DNA of 64,000 bases, taken from assembly GCA_964106915.2 (NCBI GenBank), contig OZ066918.1; one strand, 5' to 3'. Below the pieces are notes generated by a model. That model made no database searches and was not told the origin of the DNA. It saw only the letters and a list, made by a program, of their open reading frames with translations. Source of the DNA: Podarcis gaigeae (Eukaryota). The position numbers were made by a program, and so were the translations under genes. Shown here piece after piece: positions 25,292 to 37,362 of this stretch (position 1 is its first letter; the number at the start of each line of letters is the position of its first letter).

Positions 25292-25533
25292 CAGTGGTAC
25301 CTCGCAAGACGAAATTAATTCGTTCTGCGAGCTTTTTCGTCTTGTGAATTTTTCGTCTTGCGAAGCACGGAGTCCCATAGGAATGCATTGAAAATCAAAC
25401 TTGCAAGATGTTTTCGTCTTGCGAAGCAAGCCCATAGGGAAATTCGTCTTGTGAAGCAACTCAAAAAATGAAAAACTATTTCGTCTTGCGAGTTTTTCGT
25501 CTTACGAGGCATTCGTCTTGCGAGGTACCACTG
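25292..25533. mobile_element. Tc1/mariner-pogo (Tigger-like) MITE, family C, with internal TIR-motif array
   Basis: Perfect 22-bp TIR CAGTGGTACCTCGCAAGACGAA / TTCGTCTTGCGAGGTACCACTG. TA TSD at 25290-25291 and 25534-25535. Confidence 0.93.
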
Positions 25534-26511
25534 TATGCAGGTTTTCCCTGCACAGATGCCTCTAGGTACTAATGTCTGTGGATTTTAGCATCTGCTACTG
25601 TCTAGTGGCTACAGCCACCAAAACAGAAAAGTGGCAGCTCAATATCAGCTACAAAGCTTATGGGGTAATTATTTCAAAGCCTAAGCATATGTAACCCAAG
25701 GTACTACTGTAGTATTAGAGAGGCACTTACACTCCACTCACAACGCAAGGTTGTTTTGAGCAAAATGCAACCTCATTTCCAGAATTCCAGGAAGTGTCTT
25801 AGGCATTCTGTTTGTGCCATTCCTTCAGACCTGGTAATGTGATAAATGACTTTCTTTATAAGTAGCCTTTCATATAATAATCTCAGAGAAGAGAATTATG
25901 CAGGAAACACAGCAAAATCATAAACCTGACTAGTGACAAACAGCTCGCTAGAAGAGAGGAAAAGTTCCTACTTCATAGTGAGTTCCAGTTCCTGCCAACA
26001 GTAGGCATAATACATGGATCCTGGCCTTCACTTAGCCCAATCTGTCTCCCCCACACCACCACCTTGTTCACATTCAGTGTCTCTTACAATGTAGTGGTGA
26101 CTTTTGAAGTGAAGGAGCTCAATTCATGGCAGCCCCCATATAGCCACAAGACTGTTTCTAACTAGCCCGATGGCCAAACAACACTTTCCCCCATTGTTTG
26201 AGGCAGTCTTTTGCATCATTCTGTAGGAATAAACATAGCTGAACTCAGTGATGCTTATTTTTGACTGCATGGGTTCAACTTAGAAGACAATAATAAGCTT
26301 TAACAAAACATCTTCAGCCAACCGAACTGGAACCTTTAGCTTTTAATTGGAATTGTAAACTTTGCAAAGGAATGTCACCAATTAAACTACTAGCATGAAG
26401 AAAGAACCTCACCAAAACAAGTATTTGTTGTTTGCCTCATTTGATTATTTTCACCATTCTCTGACTTCCTCTATGCTAATTTGTTACAAACAAACTTGGA
26501 TGCCATATATA

Positions 26512-26514
<3 letters not shown>

Positions 26515-26549
<35 letters not shown>
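26515..26549. repeat. (TG)n microsatellite
   Basis: Directly visible. Confidence 0.95.
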
Positions 26550-26553
<4 letters not shown>

Positions 26554-29259
26554 CCTTATTCACATACTAAAGCAAAGTGGGTCTGTCACTTAAGCTAGCT
26601 GTCCATCAAATGACATCATTGCTTCTGTCCTGAAAAAAATGTCCCAGAGCTGTGTGTCTCTCCCCACACCTTCACCATGTACCTCCTTTGCTACACAATA
26701 GCTCCTTCCTTAGTCTGCTCTGGAATCTGATGCTGCAATCCTGTTATCTTTGGGGAGGCAGCCCCCTCTACTCAAATGACTTCCACACTTGGTGGAACTC
26801 AAACTACACATCCAGGGTGGTTCCTTTTCTACACTTCTGCTGCTTCCATCTTTGTGGATGAACCTATTCCCACAGCTGCCAACCACTCTTCTCCCTCATC
26901 CATAGCGTTCGGATCACAATAACATGAAGGAGTGTTGAATGTCAGCCAGACCCCAAATCTAAGGGCAATTTTCATCTCTAAGAAAAGTAAGAACCCCAAA
27001 GGAATGAGAAATCTCTCCTTTATTATATGTGAATGCCCAGGTCTTCCAGATAGTACATTTTACTTCTTCTCATGCATTCTCCCCTCCCCCTATATGTGTA
27101 CTTACCATTCCTCTTGGTGCTCTTTTCTGACACTCCCTATGTCTAGAACAGCCTGCTCATTATCTTATATGCCAATTTATTTCCCTGTCCAAAACTCAAT
27201 ACCTAAGCCTTTCCATCACCATCACTGGGAGCACCTGTTTTATGTTATTCTAAAGCAGCAATGCTGCAGCAAGCAAAGGCTCTAGCAGCTCAGTCTGCTG
27301 CTTGTGGCTGGAAAGCCAAACAGGAAGTATGTGACTGTTGCCATGAAAACGAAGGGACAGTCCATTCTCCTTATTGAGCACAGGATGTGAGCTCAGTGTG
27401 TGTCATATGACCTGTACAGGATGTACATGGGTGGAGTTTGGAGTTTCTCTCTGTTTGTTGAAGAGAGCAGACATCTTTTACTATATTAGGGGGTGGCTTT
27501 TTCAGACAGATGGCCGCCTTCCAGAGGGCCACATACCAGTGGACCTGAGGCTCCCTACTCCTGTTCTATATTCACTCAGCCATACCCATCACCTTTTCTA
27601 TTATTGCTACTCCTTTCTCAAGCTCCGCCCTTCACTTTCCCCCTTTCCTCCCTGTCATATGAGATACACCATTTCCCTTCTCTATTCAAGGTGTGCAGTG
27701 CAGTGTGTATAATCTAGTTTTATCCTGTATATCTATATATAAAGCTATCTACAAATGGCCTTTTGACCTATTGCATAGGTCACCTCACCTTACGCTGTGA
27801 GGTACCAAAACTAGGGCCTTCTCAAGAGTGGCACCTCAGCTGTGAAACTTCTCTCCCTTTAACATGTTTGTTTGATGCCAAACCAAGGCACCCAAACCAT
27901 TTTATTTTGCTGAACTACCAATGATTTACAGAGCAATCCTAATCTTACTCTGCATTAGTTTGGGGCGGAAGTGCCCTTCTGCTGGCAGAGAGGAGCACAT
28001 CTGGTGGGTGGCACCTCTGTCTTGGTGGCCCCTGGTACACCAGCAGAAAGCTCAGTGGGCAGAGGACTACTGGTAGCAGCATTTCTGCTGTCAGTAGGCT
28101 CTGTCCACCCCTCCAAAAAGCCCCAAGATCAAGCTCTTCAATTGTGCCAGCCTGTAGCTTAACTCTTCCCTATTGAAAGCAATGAGAGAATTAAACAAAA
28201 CCAAAAACCTAGTGACAGTCATCAGGGCTTTGGAAATGATAGGCCATCCTTAACCACCACCCACACACTTACAATTGTTCTGCCAATGGCTCCTAGGATT
28301 TTACTGCTGCTCTTAACTGTTATTATGTTCTGTGGTGTGCTATTTTACCAGTTATATTTTAAAGGGTTGTTGTAAAGTGCCTTGAGAATCTTGCATTGAA
28401 AGTTGTGGTGTAATGGTTTAATAAATGTGTGCATAAATACATCTCTTCCATAGGTAATTATGTATGTATGTATTTATATGCATACATAGGCTTGCCAGAG
28501 CATGCGTATTGCCTTACTCTTACTTTCCAAGCCCAAAATAAATGTTTACATTACTGTCTTTTACCCAACCTCTGAAATGTGTCTGTGTGTAGTCTGGAAA
28601 TGGAATGTGCTAAAACAGCCAAAGAAAGTCCCAATGTCCGAAAAGGTTAAGCAGCCGTCTAAACAGTGTCAAGCAAAATGGCTTGAGCATGAAGGACAGC
28701 TGCGGGCTGACATGGTATGTCACATAATCACTTATGCTATGGAAACTCTGCAGTGTTACCAATAGCACACGCACAATGGCCAGAAACATCACACAACTGC
28801 TGAGTGAAAACATGAGAAAAGATCTTCCCTGGGTACAATTACCACATATTCTTTGGTAAAGAGAATGCTCCTTTTGAGAGACAAAACATATAATGCAAAT
28901 GAATCTCTGATGCTTAACTTGTAGAAAATATTCTCACCACAAACAAAGGGCACAGATTTTCTATTATCACTTGCGAGGAGCGGGGGATCCTTTAATCCCT
29001 AAACAAACTAAGCTGTAACCAGAAAACCAAATCAACCTTGCTCACATCTAACAATCCATTTGCAATTTAAGGGGAGCATTTTGACAAACCACTTTACCGC
29101 AAAGAGACTTTTAGATATGTGCAACTGGTTTCTATAAATAGTGTTTAAGGAGTGGAGGGAGCAGGATGTAAATAAATTTGCTTGCTTAAATTAGCAAATT
29201 AGTTTCTATAGTGCTAAAGAGCATCTGGGCCAGACTGTGGGCCTGTGGAGATACCGTAA

Positions 29260-29605
29260 GGCCTGGCTCAGACATAATGCGAAGCCATGACTAATGCTAA
29301 ACCACTCCTCCTCCATGCATAAGAAAAGAATGAAAGCACAGGCATTTAGTTTTTAATAAACTGCACTTTCCTGTCACATCCAAACTCAAGAAGCTATGGT
29401 TAGTCCAAACAAACCAGGACACAACAGTGGTTTCATATCTTAGTTTGTTAACTAATCACAATTTCCTAAATTCAGACCTAGTGGAGATCTTAGTCCCCCT
29501 TCCTTTGAGTGTGAAGGAGGGGAGGAGTGTGTCTGAGTCCATGGCTTGTCATGGCTAGTTCTCACAACGTTAAACCATATTTCAGTGTTGTGTCTGAATG
29601 AGGCC
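29260..29605. mobile_element. PIF/Harbinger-like MITE
   Basis: Imperfect TIR GGCCTGGCTCAGACATAATGC / GTGTTGTGTCTGAATGAGGCC. 3-bp TSD TAA at 29257-29259 and 29606-29608. Confidence 0.7.
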
Positions 29606-30197
29606 TAAGAGTGACAGCTGTCCCAGTCATTTGCATAACTTCATCTGGATGCCTTTGTCCACTTTTCAGGATAATCAGTATACTCAGTAAAGCAAATTAT
29701 CAATCAATTTCGTGGATTGACATCCATGTCATGAGTTCAGCTTACACCGTCTTAGCCGGCGGCATTTGAAAGCTTTCATGGAAATGCTATCGTTGAAGAC
29801 ATAAATCTCTGCATTGGTTTGCTGTACTGATGTGCATCCAGCCTATGGCATTTCCAACCCTTGAAAGCTCTTGCCAACTGAGGATCAAATGGGACATGAT
29901 AGCAGCAACTGTATTTGGTTATTTATCTTCTCCATTAAACAGGGGGTTATTGGATTATTATTTTTAACATCAAACAGGGCACATGTGTGAGAATAACTGA
30001 GCCCCACCATGCAGTACCACTTCCTCATTCTCCATTTTTCATTTCCGGTTCTCACAGCTCAACTCATTTGCGGTATCAAGCTGTGTTGAGGGAAAAGTTC
30101 CCAGGGAGTCATGAATGTCAGGAGCCGAGGCAGAGGAGAGTGTGCAGCTGGGGAGATGTGCCTGGAATGTATCCTAAAATCAGACAGATGGGCCTCA

Positions 30198-30761
30198 AGG
30201 GCGTCATATGGAATTTTGCTCACACCTCACCTCAGCCTGCCAGGTTGGTCCTGGGACAGTGGGTGCCCGAGGGTTGTCTTCGTGCGCGCATCTGACGTCA
30301 GCATGCCCACAGTGCACGTCTGACGTCAGCATGCCCACCACAGCCAAGGTGCATTTTTGAGAGGGGGCACAGCTAGGTGCTCCCACACAGACTCCCTCAT
30401 TGGAGCCTGGCTCCAGCACGCAGCTGGAGCTCCGCTCTCGGGTCAAGTCTGACTCAGAGGTGGAGTGGAGGAGAGGCAGTGGCAGCAGTGTTGCCGCCCC
30501 TCTCCTGCACTGGGCTGCTGATGTACACTCAGCCTCAGCTCCACTCCTGGGTCAAGTCTGACCTGGGAGGCAAAGGAAAGCCGTGGCAGCATTGCCACTC
30601 CTTTCCTCAGCTGGGCAGTGTGTCTGGCCGGGCTGGGCTTAGCAGGCTCCGTTGGGGGTGCGCTTGGCAATAGCATACACTCCCCTGCTGGGCGTGCTGA
30701 TGTCAGGCGCACACGTCCCCGCGGTGTCTCTGCGCAAAAAATATATGGGTGTCATGCCCCT
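30198..30761. mobile_element. GC-rich putative non-autonomous DNA transposon (Harbinger-like)
   Basis: Ends AGGGCGTCA / TCATGCCCCT flanked by TCA on both sides. Subterminal inverted repeats at 30281-30308 and ~30690-30716. CpG-rich relative to its surroundings. Confidence 0.45.
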
Positions 30762-30833
30762 TCATGGGGAATGTTGTGGGGGCTGGAGCAGTGCCTTTGC
30801 CTGACATATCCTGCTATACCAAATTGAGAATAA

Positions 30834-31069
30834 GAGTTTGGATTTGATATCCTGCTTTCTCACTACCCTAAGGAGTCTCAAAGTGGCTCACGGTCTCCTT
30901 TCCCTTCCTCCCCCACAACAAACACTCTGTGAGGTGAATGGGGCTGAGAGACTTCACAGAAGTGTGACTGGCCCAAGGTCACCCAGCAGCTGCATGTGGA
31001 AGAGTGGGGAAGCGAACCCAGTTCACCAGATTATGAGTCCACTGCTCTTAACTACTACACCACACTGGC
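30834..31069 (-). mobile_element. MIR/Ther1-derived CORE SINE (Squam3/POM-like)
   Basis: Reverse complement of the 45208 copy: tRNA-like head GCCAGTGTGGTGTAGTAGTTAAGAGC, CORE GGGTGACCTTGGGCCAGTCAC, 3' end GATATCAAATCCAAACTC. Confidence 0.88.
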
Positions 31070-33415
31070 TCTCAGAGAGACAGATGACTGTATACAAAAG
31101 CTACTACTATTGCACTAAGAATGCACTATTCCTTTTGACAGATCTCTCCCCCCAGCTTTGGGTGTTTCCTTCCACATCTGAAACACAGCCCATGCCTGAC
31201 TAGAGAGGGTTTATGCAAATTCTCTACTGTGCTGTGTGCTCTTCCCCCTTCTCTTCCATCAGCCTCAATGATAGAAAATTGTGTCCTGTTTTCAACTAAT
31301 GGCAATTTCTTAAACATCTTACCATTTCTGCCCTTGAAAACTACCTCTTGCATGAATTAGTGTCAGAATCTATCTGTGTTTCAAATCCTGTGGAGTAATG
31401 TGATTTTGTTTGCAAGTCAGAAGAACACAAAGATGCATTAGACACCCTGACAACATTTCAGAAAGGAGTTATCAGGGAGTCTTTTAATTCTCTCAATGTA
31501 TTCAAAATTTTCCGAATGCATTCCACTTGTCAGTAAGACTTAACAATAAGCACTGGGAAACAGTGGAATTTCCCCTCCTTGCAGGAACTACTATGGAAAT
31601 AAATCAGTTTAAATGGAGTGAGCAGCCCTTTGACTTGCCATCCTGACTGCTCCCAATCAGTTGCCCCAAGCCACAGAAAGAGGGAAGGGGCTGGAAAGCA
31701 ACCACCATATGTGTCCTCCTTGCCAAGAGGCTTGCTGTGAAGAGAAGCTCAGGCAAACCCTTCTGTCTCCCTGGTCTCTCCCACCTTTGAACTTTTTTGG
31801 GCAGCTGTCTTTGCCTGTCCCATTCTTACTCCACCTGTATATTTCCAAGTAAGAACTCACCTGCAAATAGGTCCTTCCTTATGGGTAGACCTTTCCTCAT
31901 GGAGCAGGCTATAATTTGAGCGTTAATGCTCAAATCTGCACTGTGCATAAACACAGCAAGGATCCAAGGCACAACAGGTGATATGCATGGCTAAGTGAGC
32001 TACGACACTGATCCGTTATAAAAGAATAGAGTGGGCACAGCTTGAGCACAATAAGAGGGGTGTTCCTTTGGACTGGGCAAGCAGATGGGGCCTTCTTATA
32101 GTGGCCTAGACCTGAGCTGTCTGTTTGCACTGATGCTGGTGTCTCAATGACAAGAAGTCAGTGTTGACTCATAATCATACTGGGTGGTGGACATCTCCTG
32201 GAAGGCTGAACTAGGCGTGGGCTCTGGTGGCAATGGAGGGGGAGCTGTGGGCTGGAGGTGAGACTGGTAGAGGAGATGGTGGTGAAGTGGGCATATAGCA
32301 TCTGGGTGATATGAGAGGGAACAGCGCAGAGCGCCAGGGTGACTACTGGGACCCTCTCTGGGATCCACATCCTCATCTGTAACTTCCCCTGGGTGGCTCC
32401 TATGTCTCTTGTGGCCCAAGTGTTGCCTGTCCTAATTCCCAGAGTCATCAATGGGCAACTCTTCCAACTTCTCCCAACAACTTTTGAAAAGCCATCGGTT
32501 CCTCACCCTTACCATAAATGATTCATTTTGTCAGGTTTACTGAGGGGAGGAAGTAGTATTAGACCAGAAACAACTCTTTCTAGGAGTCCAGTTCTCCCCT
32601 GCAAATTTCCAAGGAGCCCCATCTTGCAGAGCCCCTTCATGAGAGCTGCAAAGGGAGAAAGGCGAAGTTGCAAAAATATTTTTTGTTAGGAATGACAAAA
32701 GACACAACAGGTGCAAGTCTTCATTTGAATGTACTAGGGCAAAGTTTTCAATAACCTGCAAGTGCGTGGGGAGGGGGGGAGCCAATGAGAAAAGCCATTT
32801 CGGTTCTCTATGAACTTCCTTACCAGTGCTAAGATTTATAATGGAAGCCAGCTGCAGCTGCAACTAATAAGCAGTGATATGTCCTCTTTAAGTTGCCACC
32901 AGCCTTAACTAATCAAGCCCCACTGAAATATTTGTCAGGGTGATTCAGCGTTGTGCGGCCTATATAAATCCTAAGATACAAGAGGTCGTTAAAATGTGCA
33001 AGGAGGTCTTTGCATAGCAATTACTATCCTGCCATAGGGGAAATCTTTGCAGGTAAAATGTACTCTTGGGGTAACTCACCTTTTAACAACAATTTCATAT
33101 ATCCAGACATGGAAACAAACGTAAGATAAAGTGTCTAACTCTGCCTCCTCTCTCTCTTTCTAGTTAGCTTTAAAAGAGCAAAGCCAAGTGGAGAATTCCT
33201 CTCAGCTACATTAGCACAAGTGACTATCGGTCAATAAATCCTGGGTCAACACATTGTTTTAACCATGAATTCATCAGGTGGCTTTAGCCAAGCCATTATC
33301 TCACAGCCTCAGCAGTATCGCTGCAATACAGATACAATAATACTGACCGGCCTTACATTATTGTTTTAAAGTTTACTTTTCTAATGTATCTGAAGCACTT
33401 TGAATGCCTGAAAGC

Positions 33416-33530
33416 CTAAGGGTAGCCCCTCCAGATACCGCTGGACCACAAGTCCCATGAGCCCCAGACACCATGGGATGATGGGAGCTGTAATCCAACC
33501 CTGTACAGAAGGCACCACGTTGGCTACCAG
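33416..33530. mobile_element. Degenerate hairpin hAT MITE copy
   Basis: GGGTAGCC...GGACCACAAGTCCCATGA...GATGATGGGAGCTGTAATCCAAC...TTGGCTACC. Confidence 0.5.
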
Positions 33531-33819
33531 TATCTCTCAGCAGTACCTCCTCTGCCTCCTGCCTCAGCAAAATTAAAACATGAACCAAGAAAAGGTTCCA
33601 GCTTCTCAACATAGCCTGAGGAAAGATACCGTACCTGCATTAAAACTCTGGAGACAATGCTGAGTGAAACAATGTCTTGACCAGGGATTTATTGACTGAA
33701 TGCTGAGCTAAACAGACTACTGGTCTGACTTTTTCTATGGCTGCTTCCTATGTTCCAAGGAGCTCTTATGGATGTCAACCTCTTATGAGGCAGCCCAGTT
33801 AAATGGTTGGCATATAAAT

Positions 33820-33855
33820 TTATTATTATAATTATTATAATTATTATTATTATTA
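33820..33855. repeat. (ATT)n microsatellite, probably a retroposon tail
   Basis: Directly visible. Confidence 0.85.
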
Positions 33856-35214
33856 ACCTTGCAAACATGATGAAAATATACCTGGGACTCTCAAACAGTG
33901 GTGCCCAAGCTTCATTCAGGTGGTATGCGACATGTCCACATTAAATATTCATATGGATTTTTAATTTTAATATTATTTCTTTTAATGCTCATGCTGTACT
34001 TCATGGTATTACAGTTTGAATTCCAAAGAATGAGAACCGTAATAGAAGAAAATAGAATAAACAATTAAATTGTATCCAGCACAGCACATTACAATTGCTA
34101 CAGCAGGCAGAAAAATCATTAGGTGGTCTGCCAAAAGCATCAGCAATATTAAAGTAATCCACGAGGAGGAAAAATGCTTTACACGTTAAAAAGGTAGGTT
34201 ACATCATTCAGACTACCCTAGCTTTAATCAGAAGCTGCTCCCTGGGTGGAGGCAGCCTAGAGTGGTAAGTCTCATACTTTGGACTTGAGATGAGGCCTGC
34301 TTGTGAACAGCGTATGCACCACTAGAATCTTCCACAACATTTAAGAATGCTGTATTTTATCCTCTTCATACACCACCAGAAAAGTCGAGGGGTAAATGAC
34401 CCATCCATGCCTAAGATTGAAAGCAGCTTTCCCTTGAACTAGACTATAAGGAGAATATAAAACCTACACTGACTACGGTGCCCATTGGGTATTTCTTCCA
34501 CATGTGGTTACATTTTAACAACTTTCACATGCGGCTAGGAGAAGGCTCAAATTTGCTTCGCATGTCACGCACAAGAGTTTAACCATGTTTGGGGGATTTT
34601 CTCAGAAACTATGAGCCCCATAAACATTTGTGGGTTACTCCAAACAACTCTAATAAAATATGAGACCCCCGAGATCTGAAGCAATTCATTTGACCAAGAA
34701 AAGGCAAGTCCCAGACACCTGAGCGACCAGCTGACTAGGCAGGATTCCAGACTGAAAGGTGATACCCAATAATGAAGTGTGATTCCAGGGCAGTTCTCAC
34801 AGAGCAAGCTGGCTCTGTGATTCCAGGGAAGTAAACAGAGGTTAGATCTCTCCCGACAACATCTGACTTTCATATTTTTCAAAGGCTATCTTACTTTGTA
34901 GCTTCCATTGTTAGCCTCACAGGGAAGCTTCACAAAGAAGACACTTCTCGTCTCAATATGACACACACACTCAATATGACACACACACAACATTTTCCAG
35001 GGGGAATGCAGTGGCATCTTTTCTTCTCCATTTTTTAAATAGAAATGTATTTGGGGAGTGGGGGGCACTTCACTTGTTTTAGAAATCCTGTATACTCCAT
35101 CTCCCAGGCCTCCTCCCCTGGTTCCTTGCTGTGATGGAGCTCTTAAAGCCTGTCTAGCACTTTTGTAATTTTCACAAGTCTAATATCCCCACAGGGCCCA
35201 CATTTGCACTGTCT

Positions 35215-36295
35215 TTCTGAATCCTGACAAAGCAGAAGTACTGTTCTTGGAGGACAGGGGGCGGGTGTGGAGGACTCCCTGCTCCTGAATGGGGTAACTG
35301 TGCCCCTGAAGGACCAGATGCGCAGCCTGGGAGTCATTTTGGACTCACAGCTGTCCATGGAGGTGCAGGTCAATTCTGGGTCCAGGGCAGCTAGACAGCT
35401 CCATCTGGTACGCAGGCTGAGACCCTACCTGCCCGCGGACTGCCTAGCCAGAGTGGTGGATGCTCTAGTTCTCTCCCGCTTGTACTGCAATGCGTTCTTT
35501 GTGGGGCTACTGTGGCGATCACGCAGGGTCCCCGGACCTTTGACGGTCTATTGATCCCTGTGCCACCACTGTGATCGCTTCCCCGCTGCCACCAACCCGT
35601 TTCTCTCGGGTACACACTGAGTCCAGACAGTTGTTAACATGAAATCAAATAAGCAAGTTTATTTTATAAGCATTAACAAGTTTATGGTTTCAGATAATTT
35701 TTCTTGTCAGTTTCTTAATCTTCATTTCTTTACCAGCCTATACCTTCCTAATAACTTCTAACTGATTATTCCAACTGTCTACCTGACTCCTCCTAACAGT
35801 TTCTCTCACTCTCTCATATCAAAACTAGACCAACCCACAGACTTATCCTCCCTCTTCCTTCTCCAACTCCCAACTGACTTCCCAACAACTCCAACTTTAA
35901 CTCCTTCCCTTGGGTTCCCACTGGCCAATCATTTCACACTCATTTCACCCTTTTCTTATGACCCACCTAGGTGGGCAAACGCTACAGCTACCTTTGAAGG
36001 TGACTTGGAAACTGTTGTTAATCCAGAATGCGGCAGCTAGACTGGTGACTGGGAGTGGCTGTCGGGACCATATAACACTGGTCCTGAGAGACATGCACTG
36101 GCTCCCAGTATGTTTCCGAGCACAATTCAAAGTGTTGGTGCTGACCTTTAAAGCCCTAAATGGCCTCAGTCCTGTATACCTGAAGGAGTGTTTCCACCCC
36201 CATTGTTCAGCCCAGACACTGAGATTCAGCGCCAAGGGCCTTCTGGCGGTTCCCTGAGGTTACAGAGAATCAGGCAGAGGGCCTTCTTGGTAGTG
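35215..36295 (+). mobile_element. L2 LINE ORF2 3' fragment, split by a solo LTR
   Basis: ORFs 35267-35554 (RSLGVILDSQLSM...RRLRPYL...SRL-YCNA) and 35910-36257 (KLLLIQNAAARLVTG...DHIT..L..MHWLPV.FRAQFKVLVLTFKALNG) are L2 C-terminal motifs. They rejoin in frame (VGL|PLKV) once 35511-35991 is removed. Confidence 0.9.
35511..35986 (-). mobile_element. Solo LTR (476 bp) inserted in L2
   Basis: TG...CA ends with inverted termini TGTGGCG / CGCTACA. Exact 5-bp TSD GCTAC at 35506-35510 and 35987-35991. AATAAA on the minus strand near 35660 suggests orientation. Confidence 0.85.
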
Positions 36296-36299
36296 GTTG

Positions 36300-36300
<1 letters not shown>

Positions 36301-36335
<35 letters not shown>
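36301..36335. repeat. (TTA)n microsatellite
   Basis: Directly visible. Confidence 0.95.
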
Positions 36336-37035
36336 GCCACAAAAGCACATTTCCCCTTCACATCAGATGAGCCTCAGCGAAGCAATTAAAACTTTTATGT
36401 GTTATTTTTGTTTCTGTGGGCCCTACACATGCTACTAAATGCCAGCCCTCTTGTCCTTTGGGACTATTAGAGTCAGATGATTGCTGGTCCTTTAAAAAGC
36501 TTCCTCTAGGAATGTCTGAGGCCCTTGGCCACACAGTAAGCATAGTGTTGCTCCACCTGCAGCAGCCCAGCTTCCACAGATTATTATTTTTTTAAGCAGC
36601 TACAGCAGCACAGTAACACTGGGCTTAGCATATGGCTGGAGGCAGCAGACAGATGAGAACCACAGCACAGCACAAAACAATAATAATTACCTTTCTGGTG
36701 GTTCTTCGTAAGTGTTGCTGAAATGTTCACTTTACAACTGTAATGATACTTTGTCTACTTTATTGTAAACAACTTCTCGGCATCAATATATTGTTATATT
36801 TTCAGCACTTGTTATGATTGTTATATACAACTGTGCTCTTGTATTTGGTTTTTCTTCTTCTCTGCGGCTGCCATCTTTGATCTCTGCTCTTCCAGTTTCT
36901 CTTTATTGTTCTGTTTAGGCTCATTGGATGGGGTGAAGGCCAGCAGTCAGCAGCAGCAACAAAGATTTAGAAGCTCAGAATGAACAGGCTACATGAAGAG
37001 TATGATAAGAAAAGCAAGGACCTAGTTCTTCCTGA

Positions 37036-37362
37036 GGGACGCGGGTGGCGCTGTGGTCTAAACCACTGAGCCTAGGGCTTGCTGATCAAAAGGTTGGCGG
37101 TTCAAATCCCCTTGATGGGGTGAGCTCCCGTTGCTCAGTCCCTGCTCCTGCCAACCTAGCAGTTTGAAAGCACGTCAAAGTGCAAGTAGATAAATAGGTA
37201 CTCTGGTTTTGCCAGACGCGGCTTAGTTATGCTGGCCACATGACCCAGAAAAACTGTCTGTGGACAAACGTCGGCTCCCTCGGCCAGTAAAGCAAGATGA
37301 GCACTGCAACACCAGAGTCGTGACTGGACTTAACTGTCAGGGGTCCTTTACCCTTACCTTTT
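37036..37362 (+). mobile_element. Sauria SINE (Squam1) with internal deletion
   Basis: Head GGGACGCGGGTGGCGCTGTGG, B-box-like GGTTCAAATCCC, GTGCAAGTAGATAAATAGGTA, (ACCTTT)-like tail. TSD TAGTTCTTCCTGA / TAGTTCTTACTGG. Confidence 0.92.

Noticed and set aside
25292-25533. Repeat-spacer pattern resembling a CRISPR array
   Set aside because: Eukaryotic intron. Repeats are only ~12 bp with irregular spacing, are bounded by TIRs and a TA TSD, and no cas genes are present.
32144-32419. Pro/His-rich minus-strand ORF as a possible extra exon or retroelement gag
   Set aside because: No recognisable similarity to Eph or gag motifs and no convincing splice sites. The Eph exon 3-4 junction needs no extra exon.
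34952-34988. 18-bp tandem duplication CTCAATATGACACACACA (also a 13-bp duplication at ~54337-54362)
   Set aside because: Ordinary slippage duplications with no evidence of function.
35267-36257. Two protein-like ORFs as a nested gene
   Set aside because: Explained as L2 ORF2 remnants split by an LTR.
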